This document shows positions 1 to 8,933 of a DNA stretch of 64,000 bases, one piece after another (positions within the stretch are counted from its first letter, which is position 1; each line of letters opens with the position of its first letter). Origin of the DNA: an uncultured bacterium (lineage in GTDB: Bacteria; Verrucomicrobiota; Lentisphaeria; Victivallales; Victivallaceae); the NCBI GenBank assembly GCA_900551245.1, contig URVC01000001.1:13990-77989 (forward strand). The letters run 5' to 3'. The notes under the pieces were generated by a model. That model saw only the letters and a program-made list of their open reading frames with translations, was not told the origin of the DNA and made no database searches. The translations under genes were made by a program, and so were the position numbers.

Positions 1-992
1 TCGAACATCCCCATCTGGGCAGTGCGGAAAATCTGCTCGGGAGCAATGCCTCACCGTCGTTGCGCGAACAGCTTTCGCTGGAACGGCGGGTGACCCGGGA
101 GACACCGCCCGCCTTTGTCTGGCATACGGTGACCGACCAGATTGTGCCGTATCGGAACAGTCTGCTGTTTGCCGAAGCGATGTGGAGCGCGAAGCGGAAG
201 TGCGAACTTCACCTCTTCCCCTATGGCCCGCACGGGATGCAGTTGGGCTACGGCCGCGACGACATCCGCCGCTGGCCGGAACAGGCGGCGGCGTTCCTGC
301 GCACGAGCTGCGGATTCTCCCTCACCCTGCCCTGCCCCCGGCGGACCGTGGTGCTGACCTTCGACGATGCGGTGAAGAACCATCTCGATTTCGTCGCGCC
401 GCTGCTGAAGGAGTATGGATTCGGCGCAACCTTCTTTCCCTGCCGCTTTTCCGATGAGTGGAGAGAAAAGAATGAAGCGCATCTGCTGACGGGAGCGGAG
501 CTTCGGGAACTGCACGATATGGGGTTTGAAATTGGCAACCACACCTGGAGCCATCCCGACATGCGCACGCTTTCCGCGGAGGAGGCGGAGCAGGAGATCG
601 ACCGGTTCGACCGGTTTCTTGCGGATGCCGGAATCCCCCGGCCGAAAAGCTTTGCATATCCCGGCGGACCGTTTGCAGAAAACATCGTTCCGCTGCTTCG
701 TTCGCGCGGATTTGCCGCGGCGAGAACTACAGAACAGCGCCCCTGGGCGAAAAACACCGACGACCCGATGCGGATTCCGGCGTTTCCCATCTGCAAAAAC
801 GACCGTCTCGGTTTCTTCCGTGCGCTCAGCTGTTGCAGGGAGGACAACGCGGTGGTGCTGGTCTTTCATGGCGTGCCGGATACGGTCCACCCGTGGGTGA
901 ACAACTCTCCGGAATGTTTCCGGGAGTTTCTGGAATACCTCCGCAACGAGGGGTTCCGGTGCGTTTCCATGGCGGAATATCTTGCGGAGTAA
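1..992 (+). CDS. 5'-partial two-domain carbohydrate esterase: alpha/beta-hydrolase C-terminal fragment fused to a polysaccharide deacetylase (CE4/NodB homology domain)
   Basis: The reading frame is open to the window edge (no stop upstream of 60), so the gene starts before the window. The N-part 'PAFVWHTVTDQIVP...LHLFPYGPHGM' resembles an esterase/acetyl-xylan-esterase-type alpha/beta hydrolase C-terminus. The C-part has NodB motifs 'TFDD', 'HTWSHPDM' and 'FHGVPD'. Confidence 0.6.
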   Translation, partial: EHPHLGSAENLLGSNASPSLREQLSLERRVTRETPPAFVWHTVTDQIVPYRNSLLFAEAMWSAKRKCELHLFPYGPHGMQLGYGRDDIRRWPEQAAAFLRTSCGFSLTLPCPRRTVVLTFDDAVKNHLDFVAPLLKEYGFGATFFPCRFSDEWREKNEAHLLTGAELRELHDMGFEIGNHTWSHPDMRTLSAEEAEQEIDRFDRFLADAGIPRPKSFAYPGGPFAENIVPLLRSRGFAAARTTEQRPWAKNTDDPMRIPAFPICKNDRLGFFRALSCCREDNAVVLVFHGVPDTVHPWVNNSPECFREFLEYLRNEGFRCVSMAEYLAE

Positions 993-1056
993 TTTGCTTT
1001 CCCCGCTCGCGGGGCGTATATTACCCTTTTAAGATAAGGAAAGACAGGCGGCAATC

Positions 1057-2031
1057 ATGGCAAGACGATCAGTGGCTCTGGCGGCATTCCGCGGCGAGGA
1101 GTTCCTCGCGGCACAGCTGGATTCCATTCTGCGCCAGAGCCTGCCGCCGGATGAGATCGTTCTCTCCGACGATTCTCCGGACGACGCGACCCGTCAGGCG
1201 GTTGCGCCGCTGCTCTCCGCGCATCCGGAAATCCGTTACATCCGCAACCCGGTTCCGCTCGGCCCCGACCGGAACTTCGAACAGGCGATTTCCATGACGA
1301 CCGGCGATCTGATCTTTCTGGCCGATCAGGATGATGTCTGGCTCCCCGGGCGGATGGCGGCGCTCGCCGCCCGGCTGCCCGATCCCGACGCGATTGCCGG
1401 CGCCTTCTGCGACAGCGAAAGTACCGACCGGGAACTGCATCCGCTCGGCGTCTCCCATTGGCGCAACCGCGGCTTTACGGAACGGGAGAGAACGGCCTAT
1501 TCCAGCTGGACACAGAAACAGCGGCTCATGCTCTTTCTGCGGCGGGTTCCCGCGGCCGGCCACGACATGGCCTTCACCCGCGCCGCCCGGGAGCTGCTGC
1601 TCCCCTTCCCCGCACTGCCGGGGTGTTACGACAGCTGGATCGGTCTCGTTATCGCCGCCGCCGGAACCTGGGAGCTGATTCCCGAAGCGTTGACACTTTT
1701 CCGTCAGCACGGCGGCAATCTCTCCGGCTCCGGCAAACCGGACAGCTGGCGGGGAAAACTTCGTCAGGCACGGGAATCCGCCGCCTTGAACAGCTTCAGC
1801 TGGAACGCCGCTCTCTACCGGGCGCTGGAGGAGCGATTGGAGTTCCATGTCCCGGTCGAGGTGCTCCGCCATCTGCAGGACCGGAGGGCGCACTCCGAAG
1901 CGAGAGCGGCGATGGCGAATTCGCCGCTTCGCCGTCTGCGCCTGGTTTTGAATGAACTTCTCCGCCGCCGCTACTTCCGCTACGGGCGCGGCTGGCTCAA
2001 CGTGGTGCAGGATCTCCTGCTCCGGAATTGA
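1057..2031 (+). CDS. family 2 glycosyltransferase (GT2, soluble/non-processive type)
   Basis: N-terminal 'SVALAAFRGEEFLAAQLDSILRQS...IVLSDDSPDD' and 'DLIFLADQDDVWLP' (DxD-like) match the GT2 fold. An RBS-like AAGGAAAG lies upstream of the ATG at 1057. Confidence 0.7.
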   Translation: MARRSVALAAFRGEEFLAAQLDSILRQSLPPDEIVLSDDSPDDATRQAVAPLLSAHPEIRYIRNPVPLGPDRNFEQAISMTTGDLIFLADQDDVWLPGRMAALAARLPDPDAIAGAFCDSESTDRELHPLGVSHWRNRGFTERERTAYSSWTQKQRLMLFLRRVPAAGHDMAFTRAARELLLPFPALPGCYDSWIGLVIAAAGTWELIPEALTLFRQHGGNLSGSGKPDSWRGKLRQARESAALNSFSWNAALYRALEERLEFHVPVEVLRHLQDRRAHSEARAAMANSPLRRLRLVLNELLRRRYFRYGRGWLNVVQDLLLRN

Positions 2032-2038
2032 GGTGAAA

Positions 2039-3766
2039 ATGATTTCTCTTTTAAATAAAATCCGCCAGCTTCTCTCGCCGCGCGATAAGAAGATCATGGT
2101 GCTTCTGGTGCTGATGATGGCGCTGGGGGCGGTTCTGGAAATGATCGGGGTTTCCATCCTGATGCCGGTCATCGCGGTCGTCACCCGGCCGGAACTGCTC
2201 GAACAGAACCGCTATCTGCGCATCATTCACCAGTTCATTTCTCCGTCGAGCGACCGGGGATTTCTGCTGGCGATGTGCGCATTGGTGGTCGTATTTTTCC
2301 TTGCCAAAAATCTTTTTGCCGGATTGACCATCTACTGTCAGGCACACTTTATCTACGGAAAATCCGCAGAACTCTCCAGTCGGCTTTACAACAATTACCT
2401 CGGAGCCCCCTACCTGTACCATCTGAATCACAACTCATCGGAACTTATCAACAATATTAACCAACTTAATGCGATCGTGAGCGGGGTTCTCCTTCCGTTG
2501 ATGCTGGTTGCGACGGAATGTTTCGTCATTGCCGGGCTGTGTGCTCTTCTCATGTATTTTTCCCCGATCACCACTCTGGTCGCCGCGGCAACAACCGGAG
2601 GGGTTCTGCTGTTGCTCTACTGCCCCTTCAAAAATTTTCTTCTGCAAATCGGCAAACGACAGATGGCGGTGCTTCAGCAGCTTTTGAAATATCTGATCCA
2701 GGGGCTCGGCTGCATCAAGGAGACCAAGGTCCGCAACGTCGAGTCAAGTTTCGAACAGGGATTTGCACATTGCGCCAGAGTACGGGCTGGACTGGATCAG
2801 GCGGGATATATCATCGGGCAGCTCCCGAGGCTTGCATTGGAGAGTTTCGTCATTCTGATCGCCATCGGCGGACTGGCCGCATTTGTCTCTGTCGGGATGG
2901 CTTCCGGCACGATCATTCTTACTGCGGCGCTCTTCGGGGCCGCCCTCTACCGGTTGCTGCCTTCGATTTCGCGGGTTCACTACAATCTGGTGCAGATTCG
3001 CCAGAACAGAGAGATCTTCGACCAGCTCTGGAAAGATCTGGTAAAACTGCCGGTCCCGGTGAGCAAACCGGCGGGAGCACCGCTCGAGTTTGCGCATGAA
3101 CTCCGGGTGGAGGAGCTCACGTTCCGCTATCAGGAGGCGCGGCCGCCGGTGCTGGAACACTTTTCCATGACGATTCAGCACCACAGCAGTGTCGCACTGG
3201 TCGGGCCGACCGGCTGCGGAAAAACCACGCTGGTGGATCTGATTCTCGGGCTCTTGAAGCCGCAGTCCGGCAGGATCACCGTGGACGGCCGGGACATTGA
3301 GGAGAATCTCCCCTCCTGGCAGAAAAAAATCGGATATGTTCCCCAGTTCATCTATCTTCTGGATGATTCCATCCGGGCAAACGTCGCCTTCGGCGTGCCG
3401 CAGGAGGCGATTGACGACGACCGGGTCTGGCAGGTGCTGGAGCAGGCGCAGATCGCGGATTTCGTGCGGAGTCTCCCGGGGAAACTGGAGGAGCCGATGG
3501 GCGAACTTGGCGCCCGTCTCTCCGGCGGTCAGCGGCAGAGGATCGGCATCGCCCGCGCACTCTATCCGGCGCCGGAAATTCTGATTCTCGACGAAGCGAC
3601 CAGCGCGCTCGATCTGGAGACCGAACGGGCCTTTGCCGACGCTCTGGAAAAGCTCAAAGGAGCGCTGACCATTCTGACCATCGCCCACCGCCCCGCCACC
3701 GTGCAGATGTGCGATCGGGTGATCCGCCTTTCAACGGCGCCGGAAGGCGCGTCTGCCGGAAAATAA
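2039..3766 (+). CDS. ABC transporter, fused permease/ATP-binding protein (MsbA/exporter type)
   Basis: It has N-terminal TM helices, Walker A 'GPTGCGKTT', the ABC signature 'LSGGQRQR' and Walker B 'ILILDEATSALD'. I chose the ATG at 2039 (GAGG RBS, 8 nt after the GT2 stop) over the ORF-track start at 1952. Confidence 0.8.
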   Translation: MISLLNKIRQLLSPRDKKIMVLLVLMMALGAVLEMIGVSILMPVIAVVTRPELLEQNRYLRIIHQFISPSSDRGFLLAMCALVVVFFLAKNLFAGLTIYCQAHFIYGKSAELSSRLYNNYLGAPYLYHLNHNSSELINNINQLNAIVSGVLLPLMLVATECFVIAGLCALLMYFSPITTLVAAATTGGVLLLLYCPFKNFLLQIGKRQMAVLQQLLKYLIQGLGCIKETKVRNVESSFEQGFAHCARVRAGLDQAGYIIGQLPRLALESFVILIAIGGLAAFVSVGMASGTIILTAALFGAALYRLLPSISRVHYNLVQIRQNREIFDQLWKDLVKLPVPVSKPAGAPLEFAHELRVEELTFRYQEARPPVLEHFSMTIQHHSSVALVGPTGCGKTTLVDLILGLLKPQSGRITVDGRDIEENLPSWQKKIGYVPQFIYLLDDSIRANVAFGVPQEAIDDDRVWQVLEQAQIADFVRSLPGKLEEPMGELGARLSGGQRQRIGIARALYPAPEILILDEATSALDLETERAFADALEKLKGALTILTIAHRPATVQMCDRVIRLSTAPEGASAGK

Positions 3767-3777
3767 ACGGTCGAAGT

Positions 3778-4791
3778 TCAGCGGAAAACAGCCGGAATGC
3801 TCATGGAAACCGGCTCACGCCTTTCTCGAATGGCGGCGACGAGCAGTTCCGCCACGCGTTTGCCGCACTCCAGACGGGGAGCGGCCACCACATGACGCGC
3901 GTCCGGCAATCCGGGCAGATGGAGGCCGTCGCAGCCGATCACCGGGAGATCCAGCTTGCGCTCTGCAAGCAATGCGGCAAGTTCCGGGAGCTGGTGGTCG
4001 TAGGCCGCGAGCAGAGCGTCGGGCCGTGTCCGGTCGAGAACGGCGGCCAGCGCCGGGGCGCCCTGCCCGGTCAGCGGACGGGCATTTTCCACCAGAAGCG
4101 GATCGAATGCTCCGCAGTACGTCTGAACCGCCTGCTGATAAGCGAGAAATTTTCGTGGAGACTGCAGCGGCTGAAGAGTCCGGGTCTGGCCGATGAAAGC
4201 GATTCTTCTGCATCCATTGCGGAAAAAGAGTTCGACCGCCTGCCGGATGCCCTCGTCGAAATCGAACGTCACCTGCGGAATCGACGGCTCTTCCAGAGGA
4301 TCGCAGGCGGTGATGAAGGGAATGCCGGAGGAACGCACCTGGCGCAACAGCTCCGGATCGGCGATTCCCAGCACAATTCTCCCGGCCGCGGGAGACATGG
4401 AAAAATGGGCCAGATCGAGCACGCCGGAACCGGGATCCGCCTCCAGCATATTCAACACCGGCCGGAAGCCGTCAGCGGCAAGCTGCTCGACCATGCCGGA
4501 CCAGATATCGCCCCAGAATGGGTGGGTGAAAATCGTTGTAAATCCTTCAAAAATCACCTCGATCAGTCTTCCATCCCCGGGCAGCGGCGAGCAGACGCGG
4601 GTGCCGCTGCGGCGGCGACGTTCCAGCAGTCCGTCGGCCACCAGTCGAGCGATGGCCTTATTCATCGTCTTGGGATTGACGCCGAATTCCGCCGCCAGCT
4701 CCAGTGTGGTGGGCAGAGTGCCGGAATAGACTCCTTCGGCAATTCTCCGTCGAAGTTCGCCGACGAGGGCTGGCTGTTTGAATTCGATCAT
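3778..4791 (-). CDS. transcriptional regulator, GntR-type HTH N-terminus fused to LacI/PBP1 sugar-binding domain (AraR-like architecture)
   Basis: N-terminus 'LPTTLELAAEFGVNPKTMNKAIARLVADGLLERRRRSGTRV' is a GntR wHTH. The remainder resembles a periplasmic-binding-protein type-1 fold as in LacI/GalR. Confidence 0.7.
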   Translation of the reverse strand: MIEFKQPALVGELRRRIAEGVYSGTLPTTLELAAEFGVNPKTMNKAIARLVADGLLERRRRSGTRVCSPLPGDGRLIEVIFEGFTTIFTHPFWGDIWSGMVEQLAADGFRPVLNMLEADPGSGVLDLAHFSMSPAAGRIVLGIADPELLRQVRSSGIPFITACDPLEEPSIPQVTFDFDEGIRQAVELFFRNGCRRIAFIGQTRTLQPLQSPRKFLAYQQAVQTYCGAFDPLLVENARPLTGQGAPALAAVLDRTRPDALLAAYDHQLPELAALLAERKLDLPVIGCDGLHLPGLPDARHVVAAPRLECGKRVAELLVAAIRERREPVSMSIPAVFR

Positions 4792-4907
4792 GAAACGATA
4801 CTTGTTTTTTCGTTTGGGTTAAATATAACCATACTTGCAGTTCGGAAAAAATGCAAATAAAACGGCGCAGGAAAGCTGAGATTCTGTAATTTTTTCGCCG
4901 GGCGAGG

Positions 4908-5783
4908 TCAATTTTCCGACCTTTTTGACATCGCGGAGAATTTTTCTCTCCGCATCGCGGCCGGAGTGGTCCCGGTATGTTTTTTGAAAAAACGGATAAA
5001 ATAGTTCACACTGGAGAATCCCAGTTCTCTGGCGATCTCCTCCGAATCAGGGCGCTGACTTTCGAGCATCCGGATGGCGAGACGGATCTTCTGCCGGGCG
5101 ATGTATTGCACGGGGGATGTGCCGAGATGTTCCTGAAACTGCAGGAAGAGTTTCCGACGGCTGACATTGCCGATCCTGCGCAGATCCTCCACGCTGATAT
5201 CGGTGTGCAGATGGCTTTCGATGTAATGCAAATAGCGTTGGATTTCAGCATGTTCCGAGCAGTGATCCTCCCACCGGCCGCTGCGGAAGGCTTCTCCCAG
5301 CAGCCGGAAGAGCGCGAGCGAACCGTAAAAGGCGGGGAATTCCGATTGCTCCGCCGCGTCAAGTTCATTTTCGAGCGCCTGCAACAGCTTGTCCTCCAAA
5401 GGAACTTTCCGGATTTTCCCATCGTTGAAACAAAGGAACGGTGAAAGGTTGCTGAAGTTGTATCCATCTGCCGGCAGATAGCCGCCCTGAAACGTTCTCG
5501 CCGGTTGCGCGCCCGTGCGCCAGAGGTAGGGGTGTTCCCCCGGCAGAAGAATCATGTCGCCACGCACTCCGGAAATCTCCTCGTCTTCCGGAGTGCGAAA
5601 GAAGATCTCCCCGACGAGCATCACAACGACCGTGCTGTGGACAACACAGTGGAAATCACATTCCATTCTGGCGGGGAGATCGCAGAAATGCAGTAGATAA
5701 AACGGCGGCAAAGCGTTGTAAAACTCCTTCGTTTTGACATACCGGGAAACATTCCGGAACGCGATCCTCTGCAGTTTTTCCAT
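4908..5783 (-). CDS. AraC family transcriptional regulator (cupin sensor plus AraC HTH)
   Basis: C-terminal 'EDLRRIGNVSRRKLFLQFQEHLGTSPVQYIARQKIRLAIRMLE...ARELGFSSVNYFIRFFKKHTGTTPAAMRR' is a classic AraC HTH. The start is set at MEKLQRIAF (GGAGG RBS 7 nt upstream) rather than the ORF-track 5861. Confidence 0.75.
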   Translation of the reverse strand: MEKLQRIAFRNVSRYVKTKEFYNALPPFYLLHFCDLPARMECDFHCVVHSTVVVMLVGEIFFRTPEDEEISGVRGDMILLPGEHPYLWRTGAQPARTFQGGYLPADGYNFSNLSPFLCFNDGKIRKVPLEDKLLQALENELDAAEQSEFPAFYGSLALFRLLGEAFRSGRWEDHCSEHAEIQRYLHYIESHLHTDISVEDLRRIGNVSRRKLFLQFQEHLGTSPVQYIARQKIRLAIRMLESQRPDSEEIARELGFSSVNYFIRFFKKHTGTTPAAMRREKFSAMSKRSEN

Positions 5784-5934
5784 GAAGGATTCCTCCCCCC
5801 GTTGAATATGCACAATTATATCTTTTTTTATTGGAATATATTCCGATAAGCAATATACCACAAGAAATATGCAGGATCAAATTTTAATGCACTATTGTAC
5901 TATTATTTCTGCATCTATTTCTCCTCGATTTCTC

Positions 5935-5963
5935 TTGCAAAAAGAGGACTTTTCCGGTATACT
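5935..5963 (+). promoter_or_regulatory. sigma-70-like promoter candidate (TTGCAA-17 nt-TATACT) in AT-rich divergent region between AraC and the secreted GH-like gene
   Basis: -35 TTGCAA, a 17-nt spacer and -10 TATACT sit about 35 nt upstream of the ATG at 6000, and an AGGAAAGGA RBS lies at 5982-5990. Local GC drops sharply here relative to the flanks. Confidence 0.3.
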
Positions 5964-5999
5964 TTTTCTGTTGCAACCATCAAGGAAAGGAACAATGGC

Positions 6000-8933
6000 A
6001 TGGATCGCTTGAAGAATGCGCGGCTGGGTTGCCGTACTGTCACGGCGGCCCGTTTGCGGCTGCTCACATTGCTGTTCGCCCTCGCCGCCGGGACGGTATC
6101 CGGCGCGGAAACGGCGGATACGCTGAAACTCCGGACATGGCGTCTCGCCGCGCAGGGGGCTGACGCGGTGATGGTGACGGAATTTGCCGGCCGTTCTCCC
6201 GCGGTCCGGGTTGAATTTCCCGGAATTCCCTCCGGACAAACCGATCTCAATGACAACTCCGCCACCGCTCTGAAAGTCAAAGTGGATCCGGTTTATTCGA
6301 AACCGAAGCCCGCCGCCTCCGGCCGGACCGGTGCTGCGATTATGATGGCGAAGCATGAACTGGCCAATCCGCTGCAGGCGTGGATCCCTCCCTACATCGG
6401 CATTACTGCGGCCAAAGTGGCGCTCGCCGTCTTCCCGCAGGAGTGCAAAGGCGATGTGCGGCTGTTTCTGGAAACGGTCCGGCGCGGCGCCGCGCCGAAT
6501 CCCCGCCGCACGGCCCGCAGGGAGATACGGTTGCGCGAACTTCCGGCCGGGAGATGGTCTGAAGTGGAGTTTGCAGTCGACACCGACGCAGCCCGGCGAC
6601 TGGCGGAGGTCCGGCTGGTGCTCTCCGGTTCCGCTGAGGCTGAGTGCCGCTTCCATTTTGCCGATGCCCGGATCAAACGGCAGGACGGCTCGGAATATGC
6701 GCTGCTGAATCGCGACTTTCCCGACTATCTCGCCGGCATGAAAAAACCGCTCGCCGCGGCTCCCGCGAAAAATCTCCCGAAACGGACTCAGCTGCAGATC
6801 GGCTACGGCAACAACTGGCATATTCTCTATGACGCGAAACACCTGCCGGAAATCGGCCGCCTGATGAAGCAATATCTGCCGGAGTACAGCATCGTCCTCT
6901 CCTGTGCGCAGACTCCGGAGCCGGAACTTGCCGCAGTCCTGCCGCAACTCCCGGAGAACCTTTTCTACCAGTTCCAGAAGGCTCAGCACGGCATCCAGTA
7001 TCCGATGCTGTACGACGCCCTTCCCCGCGACTGGCGCGGCAATCAGCAGAATAAACGGTTCAACTCGATCGTAGCGACCCATCCGCTCATGCAGAGAGCG
7101 CTGAAGAATCAGATGGACTACGCCGCGACTCTCGGCGTCAACAATTTTTTGAGCTACGACTACGTCTGGCCCTACCTCGGCGGCCGCTGGGGATACGACA
7201 AGGCCACCGTCGCCGCTTTCCGGGAAGATCTCAAGGGGAAAGACGAAGGGCTGGAGATGGATTTCGAAACCGGCGGTCCCCGGCGTACCATCCACTTCCA
7301 CGACTATTTCGAGGAGCTGTACGGAAGACGTTTTCACCCCCGCGATCTCGGGCTGAACAGCTGGGAGGAGTTCTTCCCCGTCACGGAACGGGCGGCCGCA
7401 GCACCGGCTGCGACGCTGGAGACACAGCGCAATTTCACGCTCTTTCTCGTGCTCTGCCACTACGAATGGCTCCGGCAGGCACAGCGGTTCAATCAATGGG
7501 CGCAGTCTCATGGCGGAACATATGACTATGTCCTCAACGGCGAAGGCTGGGTGAACGGCAACGACCATATCGGCCTGCTCCGGCTCGCCGGGACCGGAAT
7601 CGTCGCCCCGGAGTTCTTCATGCACACGCCGGAGAAGCTCGAGACCATCTATCGGGGGCTGGGACGCTACGTCCGGGCGGGAAAACGGCTGAACAAATCC
7701 CTCGGCGCCTGTTTTGAAGTCTCGCTCGGCGGCAGCGGCCACCCCTACTGGGACCTGCGTATCGGCTATCTTGTCGCCTATTCGATCGCCGCGCTGGGTG
7801 CCGCCCCGCTGCATCATGATTTTCAAAGAGCGTGGGAACGGAACAATCCGCTGGACAAGACCGCGTTCCACCTCATGATGGCGCAGGCGCGGGCGTTCCG
7901 GCAGGCAAATCTGGACCGGACGGAAAAGGAGCCGGGTAACGAGGTGCTTCACGTCACGCTTCGCTCCGTCGGCAGACGGATTGACGGCCTGCTCAGCAAT
8001 TCGCGCATCCTCCGGATCACCAGCCAGCAGGACTCCTGGGTTCCGGCGCTGATCGACCATGAAATCCGGTACGAGCAGACCGATCCCTCGGAGCTGCCGC
8101 TGCTGCTCGATTCCGCACGGATCGTCTTTCTCTCCTCACCGGTGACGACACCCCGCTGCGCCGCACAGCTCGAACAGTGGCTGGAGAGAGGTGGAAAAAG
8201 TCTGCTGCTCCACACCACATTGCCCTTCCGGCAAGACGAGGGAATCTACAACTCCGGGACGAAGCCGGGGAAAGCGCTGTTCCGGGGGTTCCGGAACGGG
8301 AAACCAGCGGGACACACCCTGTTGACCGATGCGTCGGGAGCTCCGCTGCTCACCCGGATCGACCGCGGCCGCGGCAGTGCCGTCTACTATCTGCACGCAA
8401 GTCCGGTGCGGAGTTCCTCCGCGACGATGAAGCAGGTTATGACTTCGCTGAAAAAAGAGCTGCGCCTTCCTGTCGTGCAGCTCGCGGAACACGGAGAGAA
8501 TGCGGTCGTACTCCCCTATCAATCTCCTGACTGCCGGGTCGTCGCCGTCTGGAACCGCAAACTGCGCGATGAGGCGGCCGCAGGGCTCACGAACTGGATC
8601 AAGACCCGCTGGCGGCTGAGACATCGCTTCTTCGATCCTGCTGCCTATGCGTTCCGGTATGAACAGCCCGGCGCCGCCTGTTCAGCCGCCGTCAGAGTGG
8701 AAAAGCCGGGCTCCTACCGGGTTTACCGCTTCCTGGCTGACCGGGAGGAGTTGATTCCGGCCGGCACGGACTGCGTTCTCAAGCTGGAATTGCACGATGC
8801 GCTGGGAGAGCTGTTCTACGTGGCGGAAGACACCCCCGCCTTCCGAAAGCGGTTGCAGAAACTTCGGATGGAACGTGCGGAAAGCACGCCGTTTCTTACG
8901 GAACAGAACGAAAAGTGGGACAGTCGGAAATGA
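6000..8933 (+). CDS. large secreted protein of unknown function, possibly a glycoside-hydrolase-like (TIM-barrel / GH42-like organisation) enzyme
   Basis: Start MDRLKNAR is followed by a signal peptide 'LLTLLFALAAGTVSGAETAD'. GC3 codon bias supports the + strand over the long antisense ORF at 5892..8060. Motifs such as 'SYDYVWPYLGGRWGYDKATVAAFREDL' weakly recall beta-galactosidase-like hydrolases. Its stop overlaps the next start as ATGA. Confidence 0.55.
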   Translation: MDRLKNARLGCRTVTAARLRLLTLLFALAAGTVSGAETADTLKLRTWRLAAQGADAVMVTEFAGRSPAVRVEFPGIPSGQTDLNDNSATALKVKVDPVYSKPKPAASGRTGAAIMMAKHELANPLQAWIPPYIGITAAKVALAVFPQECKGDVRLFLETVRRGAAPNPRRTARREIRLRELPAGRWSEVEFAVDTDAARRLAEVRLVLSGSAEAECRFHFADARIKRQDGSEYALLNRDFPDYLAGMKKPLAAAPAKNLPKRTQLQIGYGNNWHILYDAKHLPEIGRLMKQYLPEYSIVLSCAQTPEPELAAVLPQLPENLFYQFQKAQHGIQYPMLYDALPRDWRGNQQNKRFNSIVATHPLMQRALKNQMDYAATLGVNNFLSYDYVWPYLGGRWGYDKATVAAFREDLKGKDEGLEMDFETGGPRRTIHFHDYFEELYGRRFHPRDLGLNSWEEFFPVTERAAAAPAATLETQRNFTLFLVLCHYEWLRQAQRFNQWAQSHGGTYDYVLNGEGWVNGNDHIGLLRLAGTGIVAPEFFMHTPEKLETIYRGLGRYVRAGKRLNKSLGACFEVSLGGSGHPYWDLRIGYLVAYSIAALGAAPLHHDFQRAWERNNPLDKTAFHLMMAQARAFRQANLDRTEKEPGNEVLHVTLRSVGRRIDGLLSNSRILRITSQQDSWVPALIDHEIRYEQTDPSELPLLLDSARIVFLSSPVTTPRCAAQLEQWLERGGKSLLLHTTLPFRQDEGIYNSGTKPGKALFRGFRNGKPAGHTLLTDASGAPLLTRIDRGRGSAVYYLHASPVRSSSATMKQVMTSLKKELRLPVVQLAEHGENAVVLPYQSPDCRVVAVWNRKLRDEAAAGLTNWIKTRWRLRHRFFDPAAYAFRYEQPGAACSAAVRVEKPGSYRVYRFLADREELIPAGTDCVLKLELHDALGELFYVAEDTPAFRKRLQKLRMERAESTPFLTEQNEKWDSRK

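Noticed and set aside
1952-2038. The ORF-track start of the ABC exporter at 1952 overlaps the GT2 gene by 80 nt.
   Set aside because: The N-terminal 29 aa ('MNFSAAATSATGAAGSTWCRISCSGIEVK') are read from the GT2 coding frame-shadow. The ATG at 2039, preceded by GAGG, starts the hydrophobic TM1 and gives a normal exporter N-terminus.
5892-8060. 722-aa ORF antisense to the 1012-aa secreted-protein gene. The same holds for other long antisense ORFs: 1069..2184, 14247..15608, 15487..16617, 17586..19253, 19130..21778, 27172..28956, 32871..34841, 34639..35949, 35819..38542, 38783..40006, 40025..41602, 45067..46704 and 50682..52226.
   Set aside because: The translations are Arg/Gly/Pro-rich with low complexity, the hallmark of shadow ORFs in GC-rich DNA. 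The opposite strand in each case encodes a protein with recognisable domains or signal peptides and high GC3.
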